From Octopus sinensis (lineage: Eukaryota), in assembly GCF_006345805.1 (NCBI RefSeq), contig NC_043002.1, positions 116,994,001-117,058,000 on the forward strand: a DNA stretch of 64,000 nucleotides. The letters run 5' to 3'. The notes beneath the pieces are model-generated. The model ran no database searches and was not told the origin of the DNA. It saw only the letters and a list, made by a program, of their open reading frames with translations. Shown here piece by piece: positions 24,751 through 39,250 of this stretch (position 1 is its first letter; each line of letters opens with the position of its first letter). The translations under genes were made by a program, and so were the position numbers.

Positions 24751-26479
24751 AGATATACATAGATGCATATACACACGCATATATATTTACATAATAATAA
24801 TGATAATAACATGTTAATGTGTTAACAGCTTTCTTGTATTCTGTTGTTTTTCTCCTCTTTCTGTTTTACACTCGCTAGTTATATATTTCGTGTAAAGCGT
24901 AATCCCAATAATATACACAAGATGGCTACTCCAGTCTGAGAGACTCCCACTACGATCTCGGAACTTATAGAACGATATACATTACGGTTACATTATGGCG
25001 AACTCTTTCGTTTTCCAAATCGATTGAAAAGAAAGCCTTGATATGAGAGAAAGAAATGATTACAAGATAGAATATCATACCATAGTCATATGAATGTGTG
25101 TGTGTGTTTGTGTGTGTATTTGTGTGTGTTTGCGTTTTGGTAGATCTACACTGCACGACAAGGAACATGTAATTCTTTGATCAACTGAATTACCTGCTTC
25201 TAAATTTATATCTAAATGGCCAAACATTTCGCAAACAAGCGTACCTGAGGCATAATCATGGGGCAAAATCAGTGTGACGCAGAATGTAACACAGCTGCAT
25301 TGTGTTTGTACAATACAAACAACGGGCTCCTGTACAGTTTCCTGTTTACCCAATTTCAGTTACAATATATGGATCGACCTGAGATAACAGAAAATGCAGT
25401 TTGCTCTCGATGTTACGCAGCGATATCGAACCTAACCCCGAACTAATCTTTTTAATCATTCAGTCATATGCGCCCCCCACACACACACTCGCAGGTATGA
25501 AAATATGCGCACACCCCACATATAAATATACATGTATATTACATATATAAGCTATGTGTGTGTGTTGGGTTGTTTCAATGTATGTATGTGTGTAAGATTT
25601 ATAGTTATTATTTTCAAAAGCTGCAATATTAGACTTTGCTGTATTCTCCTTTCATTTTGCACAGGAAACTCCAGTAACGAATTCACTTCATTTCATTGTT
25701 TTCAAAGACTTTAATTTATTTTTACATTTTAACACTTTGCAGAAAGAATAACAAAATCTGTCAAATGAACGAATTCGAAAAGAAAACAGCCATTCGAATT
25801 GTATCAACATATGCTTGTATATTTTAGGCCAATGTCATGTCAAGAACAAGCTGACAGAATACGTTACCTGTATCAATAAATAATGAACGAATGTGAATAT
25901 GACCTGTGAAGGATAAAGTACTGGTGAGGCAAACATTGCAGTATAACTTATCTCAACTGAGGCAAAACAAGCTTCCTTGGCTCTTGTCGACAACTTATCT
26001 AGAGATGGTGTCTCAGTAAAATAACGCTGACTGTAGGCGTGTTAAAATCTCAAGACCTCTTTAGTCATGGCTATATACCCTCACAGAAATGGTCTCTCGA
26101 GACTTGAGTTTAAAACTCAAAGGCGTCTCTAATGACGGTTTCTCGTCCACTGAAATCTTTGTATGGCATTTCATTGTGTAACCTGCTACCACAATAAAGG
26201 GTTTGTGGACCGCATTTGTTTCTTGCTTCTTGGAGTTTTATTTCGAAAAATTTAAACATCGAATGAATTCGAACATTAACGTGTGGGTGTTATTTCTGGT
26301 GAATCAAGAAGAGGTAAATGAAAGAGATGACTCAAGAAGTGAGTGTAATTTTCCTGTTCAAAACGACTCATTCACAAAAGATGCGTTTGTCACGCTGCCA
26401 GTTAACGATACAACAACGGCTCCCATGGATAGATCGGATCAGAAAAAGAATATTTATAATATGAAATGAAGATCAACAA

Positions 26480-29400
26480 TTACTACAATTTGTCGAAGAA
26501 AAGTAAAAAAAGTAACAAAAGCAGCAATGATAGTGAAATATAGTATATGAGTAAGAATAAGAGCAAAAACCTAACTCCTGCAGCAACATTAACAACAGTA
26601 TGTAACCATGATCAAAATTCCGCCACCAGGTTAACGACTATGACACTTATAAGAAACACTGCCACCATAATCACAACAACAGGAAAATATGGAGCCGAGC
26701 TAGGAAAGTATCCAACAGTATAACTTCTGCTTTTGTTGCAATTAACGATGCAAATACCATTCCATACACTATCACTGGTACGACCGATTTCGCCATCTTT
26801 GAAGGCAATATCGCAGTAGCAGCAATGGTGACTTCTGTATAGTAGGGGAGTTTCAAATAATGGGTCTTTACAATGAGACCATAGAACTTGCTAGAAAGGA
26901 AAGACAGTGTAGTCACTCTCACCATTCCACAGACGATAAAAGAAGATACCACACATATACTGGTATATTGGCACAAAACAACAGTGACTAGAAAGCTCAA
27001 CAAATATGCAGGTGTAAAGGTTACTGGAGGCAATACGAGAAAAAAGCTTTCATGGCTGACTGTGTAGGATTGTGAAACAGTAGGATTATGATCTCCTTCT
27101 TGACCATGTGTCTCGGCCATAAAATATATCTCTATACATAAATCGCCAAATAGAGAAAGTGAAAGTGATGCTACTAGAAATAGGTGTCTAGGGGTGGCTA
27201 TTTTCAGCAACGAAAATATATAAGCGATCCTGTAAGTTCACAGCCTAAGCTAGAGTAAGTGATCTGGAATTCGAATAAACGATCCAATCAGAAAAGGTTC
27301 ATGATGATCTCCGGCTGCTTGAGCTGACAAACTGCACAGAGCTGTAGAAGGCAAGACTTAGTTTCCACATATGTGACACCAACAACCACCAAGGTGTTGT
27401 TTGTCAATAGATAGTTGTAAGAAGGCTTTCACAGATAACAGCACTAAAATGACGACAATTGTAAAACTATCATCAACGACAATATTAGCAGTAAGAACAA
27501 CAGCTGCAGAAACAATGTAGCAAGAATATAAGCAATAAATACAACATAACTCTAAAACCAATGACTGCAGTAGAGTCCAACGGCAAAATCTTGATGAATA
27601 GTTCCTTCACCAACTATTGCAACAAAAACAAAGCCCTGTAAAGCAAACTCCACAAGCATAAAATGCATGAGCATATACTTGCTCACGCACAAATACCTCC
27701 ACCTTTTGTCTAGAAAATCAACTTCTCTGAAGTCTTTTGTCAGCCAATGTAGACCATTGTCGAGGCGAAGAGGAAAATATTGACAACAAAGTGTCCCATG
27801 CCGCCTAAAGCTGGAACGTTAGACATGGCATAAAATTCATCGACCTCTCTCTGAAGAGGGTATTTAGCCTAAACTCGATAAGGTTTAGCGAAAAGGTACC
27901 TATAGAGAAAATAAATTATAGATGGCATTTGTGGAACAAATATGAAGAAGCGATATAGAAAGAGTTTGTAACCAATATCCCAGCGGCGAGAATGACTCCC
28001 AATTTCTTTTCCACTGTAAAGCGAATTAGAAAGTCTGCGCTGTAAGAGATAAGTCACAAGGGCTCGAATTGTATAGGTGCGGCGATGCAACAATCCATAA
28101 TTCAGAATTTTAAGGCGACAGAGAATAGATTCTAAGCTGATATATACGGCTTTCCAATAGTATTTAGCGCAAGTGTTCATAGCTGATGATAAACAGATGG
28201 TTGTAGAGTTAAGTACTCCTTTTGACAGTCTGCCCTTGACAAATGAAACTATTCCAGGGTCTAAGATACGCTTTGCGTGAACTGCTTGTGTAGGTGCAAA
28301 TCGTCTAATTCTATGGTCTACGGTACAAATTTAGGTATACACTCTAAACATTTTCACCCATGGTTTGGCAAACTGGCAGTAGAACTGGAGAACTCCTACT
28401 TCTAAGAGCAGAGAAGTAGTAGCATGACTGAGGTAGGACATGAAGTAGAGTAATGTGATTGGTAAATTCCATTCCATAAGTATGATAACTGCAGACTTCA
28501 TGATTTTCGGCGCTTGTCATGGCAGAACATAGTCCTGTCCGGTCTCATCTAAGACACCTTTTACTTCATTGAGAGAAGTGGGTAATTATCCTGAATGAGA
28601 TGGGGCTCTGGTCAATGTAGGTCAATAGAAATATTTCGGTGGAGTTAACCAGGATTACTTGATTTCTTCGACGTTGCCATGCTTTTAGAAGCTAGATTGT
28701 TTCAATATAGAGCGGTATCTGTTTGAGTGTTAGGCTACAACGCCATCTAAAGGGTGCGTTCCCATTATATCATATCTGCAAAATGTATAATCTCTAATTT
28801 CTTCTATATGTACTGGCTGCCAAACCACGGCGGAAGAATCTGGACTTCGAAGTGGAATGTCGGCATGTGCAAATGATGTCATCGTATCGAAATATCACAA
28901 AATTCGCGATGTTCGTCATTCTTCAAGAGCAATACGAAACGGTGACTAACTCGGAAAAGTGGTGGACTAACAGTACGGTAGATGGAAAGGCGTGACTATA
29001 ACACCGGCCAACCCGTGGTTACTGCATCGAACAGTTTAAGTTACTTTAGAAGCTTATTACGCTGGGATCTCTAACGGAGTACTAAGACAACGTTACGAGT
29101 AGTCATACACTCGATCTTGCCCAGAAGTAGACTGAGAGGAATCTACTCCTGAATCGTCGGACAGCAGTGAATACATGCATTGCCTCCCTTATTTGACTAT
29201 TATGCCTTACCACAATTTTCCTTTGGCCGTATCGAAGCAGCTGCTCTTCTGCTTGTTGTGGATGGAAATGGCGCTTTGCTCTAGACAGCAGTTCTATCGG
29301 CTGTCCATTTCTGTGCAGTGTGTTGAGTATGGCTTAACTAATGATACGCAGAGTTACACTGGATCAATGGTACCTTCTGTTACTCCAAAAATGATTATGT

Positions 29401-29650
29401 ATGATCACACTGTCAGGCAAATCAAGGACCTTATTGTTCGGGAAATATTTGACAGAACTGAAGTCTTCCATCAGCGATGACCACAATGAAAAAATTAGGC
29501 CCTCTAGCATCAAGACTGTCTTATCGACTACTATATGTATAATAACTTTTAGAAAACCCTGGCGTTTAAGTCTCTGAGCGGATCATTGCCGCTTATTGAC
29601 AAACACTCGAGACACTGAAGTGCTGCAAAACGAACTAGCAGCAACGAAAC
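26480..29650 (+). mobile_element. Tx1/L1-clade LINE remnant (same architecture as 10630-13900)
   Basis: CAA-rich ORF1-like region at 26480-27620, then GALVNVGQ*KYFGGVNQ (~28604), LYVLAAKPRRKNL (~28805), GMSACANDVIVS (~28855), YETVTNSEK, and TERNLLLNRRTAVNTCIASLI. Confidence 0.65.
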
Positions 29651-29755
29651 GGTTCATCACGGATTTCGTTTTCTGTCTAAATATCGCTGACTTACTGACT
29701 TTATTATTGAACAGCAGTTGTCCATATAGTTGAAAGGATTATTATTATGGTTATA

Positions 29756-29794
<39 letters not shown>

Positions 29795-30311
29795 GAGTGA
29801 GAAATTAGTGCATGCCATCAAAGTGACATTGGGGTAAAATATACGAAGCCCAGTATACCCAACATGACTACCCGTCTGATAAGGGTATACCAGGCACATG
29901 CATCACAACCATATGTGCGCGACATGGTGATCTCATATCAAGATAAATAGCGCATGACCTTGCAGGTGGGGCCCAGTTAGAATTTTCTTCTGGTCGAGTA
30001 GCCCATCCCACTCAAAAGGTCCCTGAATAAAGATTGTTTAAGGATGTTGAAAGAACCACCCATGTTTCCAGAGGTGAATTATTCAAACCCCAAAGAATCC
30101 CTCTCAACACATGGCTATGATGCTCCCCCACTACTTCTGCTCGTGATCAGAGATGCACATATCGTCAGCCACTAAGGGACATGCTCAACTGGTTAAGGAC
30201 AAACAACTGACAAGCAAACCTGTGGTATTGAGCAGAATATTTGCTGTAGCCCATCTTTTATACCAAGACAAAACAATGTACATGATAACACTTCCAATCA
30301 GTTAAGATCAG
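29795..30311 (-). mobile_element. Family B ~550-bp non-coding element, copy 1
   Basis: Nearly identical to the copies at 30970 and 46604; 3' end runs into an (AAT)n tail on the minus strand. Confidence 0.85.
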
Positions 30312-30325
30312 TTAATGATAATAAG

Positions 30326-30373
<48 letters not shown>

Positions 30374-30824
30374 GAGTGAGAGAGCAGGGCATACCATCAA
30401 AGTGACACTGGAATACAATTTACGAAACCCAGTATACCCATCATGACTACCCGTCTGATAAGGGTGCACCAGGCATATGCATCACAACTATATGTGCGAA
30501 TCCGCTCAAAAAGCCCCTGAATAAGGGTCGTTTAAGGTTTACGAACGAAACACGCATGTTTCAAGAGATGAACTATTCAAACCCCAAAGAATTCCTTTCA
30601 ACATATTCTTATGATACTCCCCCATTACACCTGCTTGTGATCAAAGGTGCACATATCTTCAGCAACTAAGGGACATTCCCAATTGGTTACGGTCAAGCAA
30701 CTGACAAGTAAATCTGTGGCGTTGAGCAGAATTCTTTTATACCAAGACAAAACATGTACATAACATTTCCAATCAGTTAAGATCAGAAGCCAAGACAGGC
30801 AGTGCCTTGGTACCACACCAGAGC

Positions 30825-30825
<1 letters not shown>
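30374..30825 (-). mobile_element. Family B, copy 2 (older, internally deleted)
   Basis: Same ends with internal deletions and more substitutions; flanked by (ATT)n. Confidence 0.8.
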
Positions 30826-30896
<71 letters not shown>

Positions 30897-30897
30897 A

Positions 30898-30944
<47 letters not shown>

Positions 30945-30969
30945 CATTATTATTATTATTATTATTATT

Positions 30970-31520
30970 GAGTGAGAGAGCAGTGCATGCCATCAAAGTG
31001 GACACTGGGGTAAAATATACGAAGCCCAATATACCCATCATGACTACCCGTCTGATAAGGGTACACCAGGCACATGCATCACAACCATATGTGCGCGACA
31101 TGGTGATCTCATATCAAGATAAACAACACATGACCTTGCAGGTGGGGCCCAGTTAGAATTTTCTTCAGGTTGAGTAGCCCATCCCGCTCAAAAGGTCCCT
31201 GAATAAGGGTTGTTTAAGGATGTTGAAAGAACCACCCATGTTTCCAGAGGTGAATTATTCAAACCCCAAAGAATCACTCTCAACACATGTCTATGATGCT
31301 CCCCCACTACTTCTGCTCGTGATCAGAGATGCACATATCGTCAGCCACTAAGGGACATGCTCAACTGGTTACGGTCAAACAACTGACAAGTAAATCTGTG
31401 GTATTGAGCAGAATATTTGCTGTAGCCCATCTTTTATACCAAGACAAAACAATGTACATGATAACACTTCCAATCAGTTAAGATCAGAAGCCATGAGAGC
31501 CACTGCCTGGTACTGCATCA
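30970..31520 (-). mobile_element. Family B, copy 3 (full length)
   Basis: GAGTGAGAGAGCAGTGCATGCC...CTGGTACTGCATCA with (ATT)n on both sides. Confidence 0.9.
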
Positions 31521-31557
<37 letters not shown>

Positions 31558-31599
31558 GAGGCGGTGTGCTGACAGAATTGTTAGCATGTCGGAGAAACC

Positions 31600-32900
31600 A
31601 CAGACGTACACAGCTCCAACCAGATCTATGCATGACAACTTGAAGTAATACATCTTAGAGAGAGTAGAAAGTGAACTTGCTTTTGGTAGGTCTTAGATCA
31701 ACTTGGATCAAGTGTAGAAAGCATTCCAACAGACTCCACCAACATCCTTTAGCAGCTCCCCACAAGAGGGCTGCTAAATTCCTCATCTTCAAGAGCTGAA
31801 TCGCATCAATGATCTGGGTAAACAGCCACCTATTGGAACCGTTTCAGGCCACACCCGTGGTCCGTGAATGGTATTCGTTCTCACTAGTTCAGCATTTACC
31901 GAAGTAAATCGAGTGCCAAGCACCACTCTAAAAGGATGCAAAAGTTTGTCAGGAACTAAAAAAATCAAGACAATTCAGAGGACATGCAGTTCAATCTCTG
32001 ATATCCTCGAGGGACTTTGGTCGTTGACGAAGATCAACTGTTTGGAGAACTTTTAGCCAGTGTTGCATTTAATAGTAATTAATTTGTCCTCCTTGTCACT
32101 TATTTGGGAATACGAATAATGAGGGTGAAAATATTTCGTGTATGGCATCAGAGTTGGACGCGTAGTAGGATGTATCATGCGTCATAAACAAGAAAGTGAC
32201 TCTCTTGAACATTAAAAGATATAGAAAGGAGAATTAGTCCGGAATAGAAATGGAGATCCTATCACATCAAAAACACATGGTGGGAAAGATCCCCAAGATA
32301 AATCAACTGCTGAATGAGACAGAACTCCACGTTACAGTTGAGGTCAGAAGTCCCGGGTTTCATATATTTGATGCCAAGTATTTGTAAGCATTCTGCCTTC
32401 AACAGAAAGCGAAAGCCACGACTTCTAACACCACAAATTCATCAACAGCGTATAACTAACACCAATACAGACAGTTATAGCAGCATCAACAGCAGCAGCA
32501 GCAGCGTTAACTAAAACATGAAAACCAACATCATAGATTAAAAGATACCAGCAACCATGGCAGCAGCACCAGTAAGAGAAGCAACAAGGAAACCAGCAAC
32601 ATCTACAACATTATAACATGGGCAACACAAGTCCCCAACTCGAATACATTACAAGACGCACCTCTTCCAATTCAGGATATTTGAAGGGAGTACAAAACTA
32701 GCACAAACCCCACACCTCATTTTCACCACAGATAGCATGCCCAAACGCAAACGCAACAACAAGCACAACCCAGTCTACACCCAAATTAACATCGGAAAAC
32801 GAACTTCATAAATTACGCTGCCATAGACACAAACAAGAAATAATTAATAAACCACACAAGCAAAAATTTGAGTTCAATTTTGCCTTTCATCCTTCGGGGT
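31600..32900 (+). mobile_element. Tx1-like LINE fragments (RT piece and CAA-rich ORF1-like piece)
   Basis: INLDQV*KAF at ~31700; Ser/Thr/Asn-rich low-complexity region at 32430-32800 like those at 13180 and 26500. Confidence 0.45.
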
Positions 32901-33263
32901 CGATAAAACAAAGTACCATCCCAGTTCGTGTCGACACAATAAGTTTCTCCCACCCACTAAAACTACTGGCCTTGTACCAAATTTGAAACAAGTATTATTG
33001 TTACCAAAACGGCAAGCTGTCAGAATAATTAGAATTTGACAGAATACAGTGGCGATCAGAATTTTATAGTTATTGTTTTAATTTCATTCCTATATATTCT
33101 GCGTTCAAATTTCGCCGTTCAGAAGTCAAAGCCCATTCTGCCAACAGATTTATTATTGGAGCCACAGTTAAGCAAATTTCGCCGTTCAGAAGTCAAAGCC
33201 CATTCTGCCAACAGATTTATTATTGTACCAACAGATTTATTATTGGAGCCACAGTTAAGCAAA
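32864..33263 (+). mobile_element. Family A SINE fragments with a 67-bp tandem duplication (33106-33263)
   Basis: ttttgcctttcatccttcggggtcgataaa; unit caaatttcgccgttcagaagtcaaagcccattctgccaacagatttattattggagccacagttaag occurs twice. Confidence 0.75.
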
Positions 33264-33299
33264 CGAGTAGAGTGAATAACGAGACTCCTCAGGAACTAA

Positions 33300-34680
33300 A
33301 GGGCCGGTTTATTTAGTTTCTGTTTCGTTGTCTTCCCATTTAACATAGCATGTCAGTTGGTTTGCAACTATTGTGGCTGCTTTATGTATAGCGTCTCTAG
33401 TATGGAAGAGTATGGAATACTAGCAAATTATTTTCAAGATAAATATATCCCATACTCTAGTTAGTTTACGAAAATATTTCGTCTGCAAATAGCAGCATTT
33501 CATATCCATACATCCCTTTCCGGAGCCCCTTTTGTCATCTTGTTAAAACACTATTGCTCTCCAGAAAAAATACCAGCTTGTTATAGTGTGAGTTATAATA
33601 CCTTTGAATGTTGTTGGTAGGCACAACGTTTTTGGCAGTGCAGTGAGTATCTATGATTTTTGTTTTCTTATCTGTTATGATGAGACATGATCGTGGTCCT
33701 TCTGTGTGTTTCTAATTCTTTTCTTTTTATGGATTGTGCTTTGTTTTACACACCTAGAAGACTTAACATTTTACGAAGCGACTTGTCTTGCTTGTACGGG
33801 TAGGGATTTGTTTAAGCTTTCTATTTACTCTCAGTATTTTCTTTCTTTTTGATATTGTACATTTTATTTGGGATCTCATCGTTTTCTCTTTTTAATGCTG
33901 AATCTCCCTTATACCAATTTACTAAGAAAGGATCTTTACTTTCCTGTGAATTCCATGTAGTATTTTCCATTGTCATTTTTTAGTCTGGAATTTTGCTAAA
34001 GATCTGACTCCATTAGGATCAAGCTCTTTTATCCTAAACACTAATTTAGCTACTGATTAGATCACATCATTGAGTCGATCGATAGTCGGGTAGTTACTGA
34101 TGTGCACACATTTTTTACAGGGCTTTATTACAGTTATTTATTCTTATTCTGTGCTTGCTGTTCACGTGTAGCTTGGATAGTAGTTTAATATATTTGCCGA
34201 TCATCGATTTTGTTATGTTCTCTTCTTTCTTATTTATTGTTTTTGTTAGGTCATTCCATTGTCAAATGTGATTGCTCTGTTGTGATGTTTGCTTCAATTT
34301 TATTTGTTGGTAGACAGGGAAGGAGTCGAGAGAATGTTTAGTATGTAGCTCTTTTTCTCTGCGTCTATTTTTGATTTGCTGTAACGCTTTATTTCTCGCT
34401 TGTGTTCTGAATTCTTTACTATATTCATTGTATTTCGGGAGCTCATTTATTGTATGTGTAATCGTCTGTATTCTGTGCCTTTCCTGTTTTCTTTTTTATG
34501 TTTTGTTTTGTATATGAGGAATTCTGTTGTGACAGTTGCATTGATTTGTGGTAGGTAATTTGTTTGTGTGTTGATGATATTGTTATATTTTCAGTTTGTA
34601 TTCTTTTTGAAAGTTGTTCAATTTCAATTTTTGAAATCTTGCTATTATTTGTAATAAATCTTTGTGTATTCAAAATGATA
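33300..34680 (-). mobile_element. R4/Dong-group LINE, N-terminal and RT-start fragment
   Basis: FLESNSVLTR*QKGLRKGMYGYEMLLFADEI resembles the EQKGCR.G..GCK.QLLID RT motif. Confidence 0.6.
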
Positions 34681-34787
34681 TTTCCCTTCCATCCACTACT
34701 TTATTTTCCTTTCCATAATTAATGTAACTATTTTTATAATGCTTTTAAGTTTTGGATGTAGTATTACTGTATATCACGTGTATATCA

Positions 34788-35338
34788 TCTGAGTTTAAAG
34801 TCAGCCAGGATTGATTTTACCTTTCATCTTTTCGGGGTCGATAAAATAAGTATCACTCAAGTACTGGAGTCGATCTCCTCCTTCCCCTCAAATTTGTTGG
34901 CCTTAAACCAAAGATTAGAAAGAATATTAGATGTAAACCACTTCAATATTCTTTTCTACTCTAGGCAAAAGTGCCTGATTTTGGTGGGATTAGGTCAGTC
35001 CCTTATATTGACCACAGTACATAAGTACCAACAGATTTAGTTTATCGACCACCGAAAGGATGAAAAGCAAAGTCGACCTCGCCGGAATTTGAACTCAGAA
35101 CGTAGCGGCAGACAAAATACCTATTTCTTTATTACCCACAATAGGCTAAACACAGAGAGGACAAACAAGAACAGACTAACGGATTAAGTCGATTACATAG
35201 ACCCCAGTGCGTAACTGGTACTTAATTTATCGATCCCGAGAGGATGAAAGGCAAAGTCGACCTCGGTGGAATTTGAACTCAGAACGTGACGACAAATGAA
35301 ATACGGCGTGCTAATGTTTCTGCCTGCTCGCCGCCTTT
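34788..35338. mobile_element. Three clustered family A SINE pieces (one +, two nested or tandem -)
   Basis: 34788-34925 on +; 34945-35120 and 35121-35338 on -, the last closely matching the 3712 copy. Confidence 0.85.
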
Positions 35339-36099
35339 TAAACCACTTTAATACTGGTCCCATTTTGATATTTTGATTTCGGATTCTGACAGGCATTTCT
35401 GCTCGGGTCTAGAATTTTGATGCGGCACCGTATTTTAAATATATGTTATATGACTCTCGTATAATGATTGCAATAAAATCACGGGACGAACTCTTTCATA
35501 CATATTCGTCGGGTTGATAGTGTTTCTATTGCTGAATGAGTTAGTTACTGACGTCGTTTATTTATTTTCAAAAAGCGTAGGCTTTAACTTTATTTCTGTT
35601 TTTCTTTCTTTTGTATTCAAAAATAAATTACCAATAGTTTCTATTAAAAACTTCGATTTGTTTTGTCATGTCTGGACATTCTGTCTCATTTTCGTGCGTG
35701 CACAATTATGTGTGTGCGTTTTTTTATGCATGTGTCTTATTTGAACAGAACATTTTGCGCATGATATTCACAAGTATCAGTTGTACATACCGGGATAGTT
35801 TCGTTATTTATAGTTTTTCAAAAGTTCATTTCTAATTTGTTCCATATGCTTGTTTTCCTCACTCATATGTTTCATATTATTTTAACAATATATTTTGTCT
35901 GAAATCATGCTCTATAACATAAAAAGTCAGTATCAGTTGTATGTAATGAGATCCACACGAAAGGAATTTCTTCATTTACCTCCAAATTTTAGTCTTGCTC
36001 ATGTTACTGTATTTATCTCAGAGTTTATGCGAACTAAATTTATATGTTCTTGTTATTGGAAATTTTTTTATTAACTTTGACGGCTGATTTGCAGAATCA

Positions 36100-37620
36100 G
36101 AAGAGCAGCGAAAAAAAGACTATGCTTTACTTAGTTACAAGCCCTGACAATCTTTGGTCAATGTTAGAATTATTTTTATTATCTTAGTTACTCATAGTTT
36201 GTGAAATCTAAACTTTCCTTTCATATATCACATCTTTGGAATATCTTGGAAATCATGAGTCGTGATAATTCCTTCGCAATATTTAGAAATTTTTAGAGTA
36301 TTCTTATGTCTGCACTCATGTATTTCTTAATTTATGGAAGTGATTAGGATTTGCATGATGAGAACGTTTCTAAATGACATAAAGTTTTAGCTCAAAACTT
36401 AAGCTGTGATTTTTTAACTAATCAATTCCATTCTGCTTCATTACCGTTAATTAGTATTGCATAAAAAAGACTTTTCTTATTTAAGATGTAGAAAATACTG
36501 TGCGTCTTATTACGTGCTGTTTAATGGCATATCTGTATATTCCATACAATGTAACTTCTGTTATTTCACAGTATGTAGCAACCTTGTCCTCTATCCAGTT
36601 CTCATAAGCTCGTCCAGAAATAATTTTACAGTGAGAGACTATATGCCGTCTTTTCTCTTTCACAATACATTCTACATTCAACCGAAATGTCTTCCTTATT
36701 TCTGTTCTTCCTGACGTATCACGTCTGTCTCTCTCTTTAACAACCATTTCATTAGCCATTGAAGCTACCTCTGATCTCAATTATCTTGACTACTTTAAGA
36801 AACCCTTCCCTCACCTATCTACTCTCTTTTTTTGTAACCTGAAGTGTCTCTTCCCTCTCAGCAACGTTTGCTTGAACTATATTTTTACTTCCACAAAATT
36901 TTCTGCGCTTATCAATCCTCTTCTTTCATTTTGTCAGTTAAAAATAAAATATTTCAACACTTGTTCGTGGGTGTAAGATACTGAGTATCGTCAGCAATAT
37001 CTTTTTTTTTTGCCGATCTACGCTCTGAAGGTCTTCCTTTGTTCACTTAGCTATTCTGTAGTGGTACATTGTGATGCATACAGATCTTCATATTATTGCA
37101 TTGATGGCATTTATTTCAATAGCAATGAGTTTGGATTTTAGTAACCTCCTAACTCTTTAATTCCATCTTTCATTATTCTATGCTTTTTGTCATCAGCTTC
37201 CAAGACTCCCAGATATTTATATCCATCATTTGTGTCAATCGTTCACTTCTCGTTAAGCAGAAATATTCAGTAAATTTAATAGTATTGCACTTTCTTCATT
37301 TCAAGTATTCCATAATTGGAAGTAGCACACTGCATTCTGATACTATTGTTAAGCATTCACACAGTAGTGACAAAGGTATACAATTCCTTCTCGCTCTTGC
37401 CATGTAATTTTGTGTCATAAGTGTACAGCATGAAGTTAACTGTCTCCTGGTCTTTTCCTTTGCTCAGTTATAGGATGAGTGGTATGACAGCAAAAACAAA
37501 CAGTAGAGGTGATACTCTATCACCTTCGATGATATTTTAACAGCTGTCTACCGCTTGTTATTTCCGCTTCCCGACTTCCCATGCATACTCATATCACTTC
37601 ACTGATATTATTTTGAGTAT
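36100..37620 (-). mobile_element. R4/Dong-group LINE 3' half
   Basis: FMLYTYDTKLHGKSEKELYTFVTTV (decayed YMDD), DGYKYLGVLEADDKKH, DLQSVDRQKKKILL..LHPR, HIVSHCKIISGRAYENWIEDKVA. Confidence 0.75.
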
Positions 37621-37717
37621 TTTGAGTATTCTGAGTGTCTTCAAAATATAAGAATAATAGATTATATCATCATATTTTACGAGGTCAATTTGTCTTTTTC
37701 TTATAGTTCCATATAAT

Positions 37718-37905
37718 CAGAATCGTTAGCACTCCGAGCAGAATGCTTAGCAGCATTTTATTTGCCTTTACGTTCTGAATTCAAATTCCGCCGAGATCCA
37801 TTTTGCCTTTTGTCCTTTCAGAGTCAATGAAATTTATACCTGTCGAGTTCTAGGGCCGATGTAATCTACTTCCGCTTCCGCTCCAATGTTAGTCCTATCA
37901 TAATA
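37718..37905 (+). mobile_element. Family A SINE
   Basis: cagaatcgttagc..acgttctgaattcaaattccgccgag..ttttgcctttt, with a tail into (AAT)/(ATT)n. Confidence 0.85.
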
Positions 37906-37950
37906 TTAATAATAATAATAATTATTATTATTATTATTATTATTATTATT

Positions 37951-38430
37951 GAGTGAGAGAGCAGTGCATGCCATCAAAGTGACACTGGGGTAAAATATAC
38001 GAAGCCCAATATACCCATCATGACTACCCGTCTGATAAGTGTACACCAGGCACATGCATCACAACCATATGTGCGCGACATGGTGATCTCATATCAAGAT
38101 AAACAACACATGACCTTGCAGGTGGGGCCCAGTTAGAATTTTCTTCGGGTCAAGTAGCCTCATTCTGCTGAAATAAGGATTGTTTAAGGATGTTGAACGA
38201 ATCACCCATATTTCCAGAGGTGAATTATTTATACACCAAAGAATTCTCCCCAACACATGGCTATGATGCTCCCCCACTACTTCTGCTCATAGTCAGAGAT
38301 GCACACATCGTCAGCCACTAAGGGAGATGCTCAACTGGTTAAGGTCAAACAACTGACACTGAAATATGTGGTATTGAACAGAACATTTGCTGTAGCCCAT
38401 CTTTTATACCAAGACAAAACTATGTACAAA
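37951..38430 (-). mobile_element. Family B, copy 4 (5'-truncated)
   Basis: Same 3' end as the other copies, inserted in the (ATT)n tail of the preceding SINE. Confidence 0.85.
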
Positions 38431-38564
38431 ACACTTCTATTCAGTAAAGATGAGAAACTGCCTGGTAATTATTATTTTTTTTTCCTTCTTCTTTCAAATT
38501 TGCTTCCATTTCTTGCCGAGCGTCTTCCCGACTCCTAGGGCAAATAATAATAATAATAATAATA

Positions 38565-38623
<59 letters not shown>

Positions 38624-38654
38624 GTGTCTTGTGCAGAGAAGTGTGTTTGTAATT

Positions 38655-39250
38655 AGCAGCATTGTTAATTGGTGTTGTGAACCATGTTATGGTTTTTCAC
38701 GTTCTTTTTCATTATATTTTGTGCTCTAGTTACCACTGGTGTATTCACTTTTATGTCCCACACCATGTTTGTTCTGTCATTAGTGAGATCTTTTAGGTCG
38801 ATTGACTCTGATCTCCCACCAGGTGGTATTTTTGTTCAGAAGGGATCAAATATTTCTATTTAAGTACAATGAATTTAGTACTCCATTATATAGTTTATAT
38901 TATGTCTGGACAGTTTGACTTATTTTTTTCCAATCAGGATAAGCATATTCCAGATAATTGCTTCCAGGCCGTTGTCATATACTTGGATATTGGTTTATAC
39001 TTGGTTAATGATTTGTACACTTAACTTGTTTTGACGCTGAGGTGTCAAAGCATATTACATATTGGACACAAAAATTTACTTGATCGTATCTATGCATACG
39101 CACAGACTTTGCAAGAATTGCCCAACCAGAAATCGTTGTATTGATATAAATGATATGAGGACATTTTTTTTTCCTTTTCTTATCAGTTTTTTAAATTTCA
39201 CTCGAACGGGAAGGCGTGTCCGGATAGGGACTTCTTTAGAGTAAATTTGG
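38655..39250 (-). mobile_element. R4/Dong-group LINE 3' fragment
   Basis: ISGWAILAKSVRMHRYDQV (decayed CCHC region) and RTNMVWDIKVNTPVVTRAQ (REL end); 3' end close to (ATT)n at 38566-38622. Confidence 0.55.

Noticed and set aside
27869-28180. Minus-strand 103-aa ORF as a LINE RT
   Set aside because: The collinear RT motifs are on the + strand; this ORF is the antisense by-product.
30968-31156. 62-aa ORF MSERAVHAIK... repeated at 46602-46790
   Set aside because: It lies on the antisense strand of a young repeat, begins in the (ATT)n tail, and is disrupted in the other copies; identity reflects copy age, not selection.
30970-31520. HDV-like ribozyme in family B
   Set aside because: Manual threading gave partial P1/P3 candidates but no P1.1 GG or proper L3; needs a computational scan.
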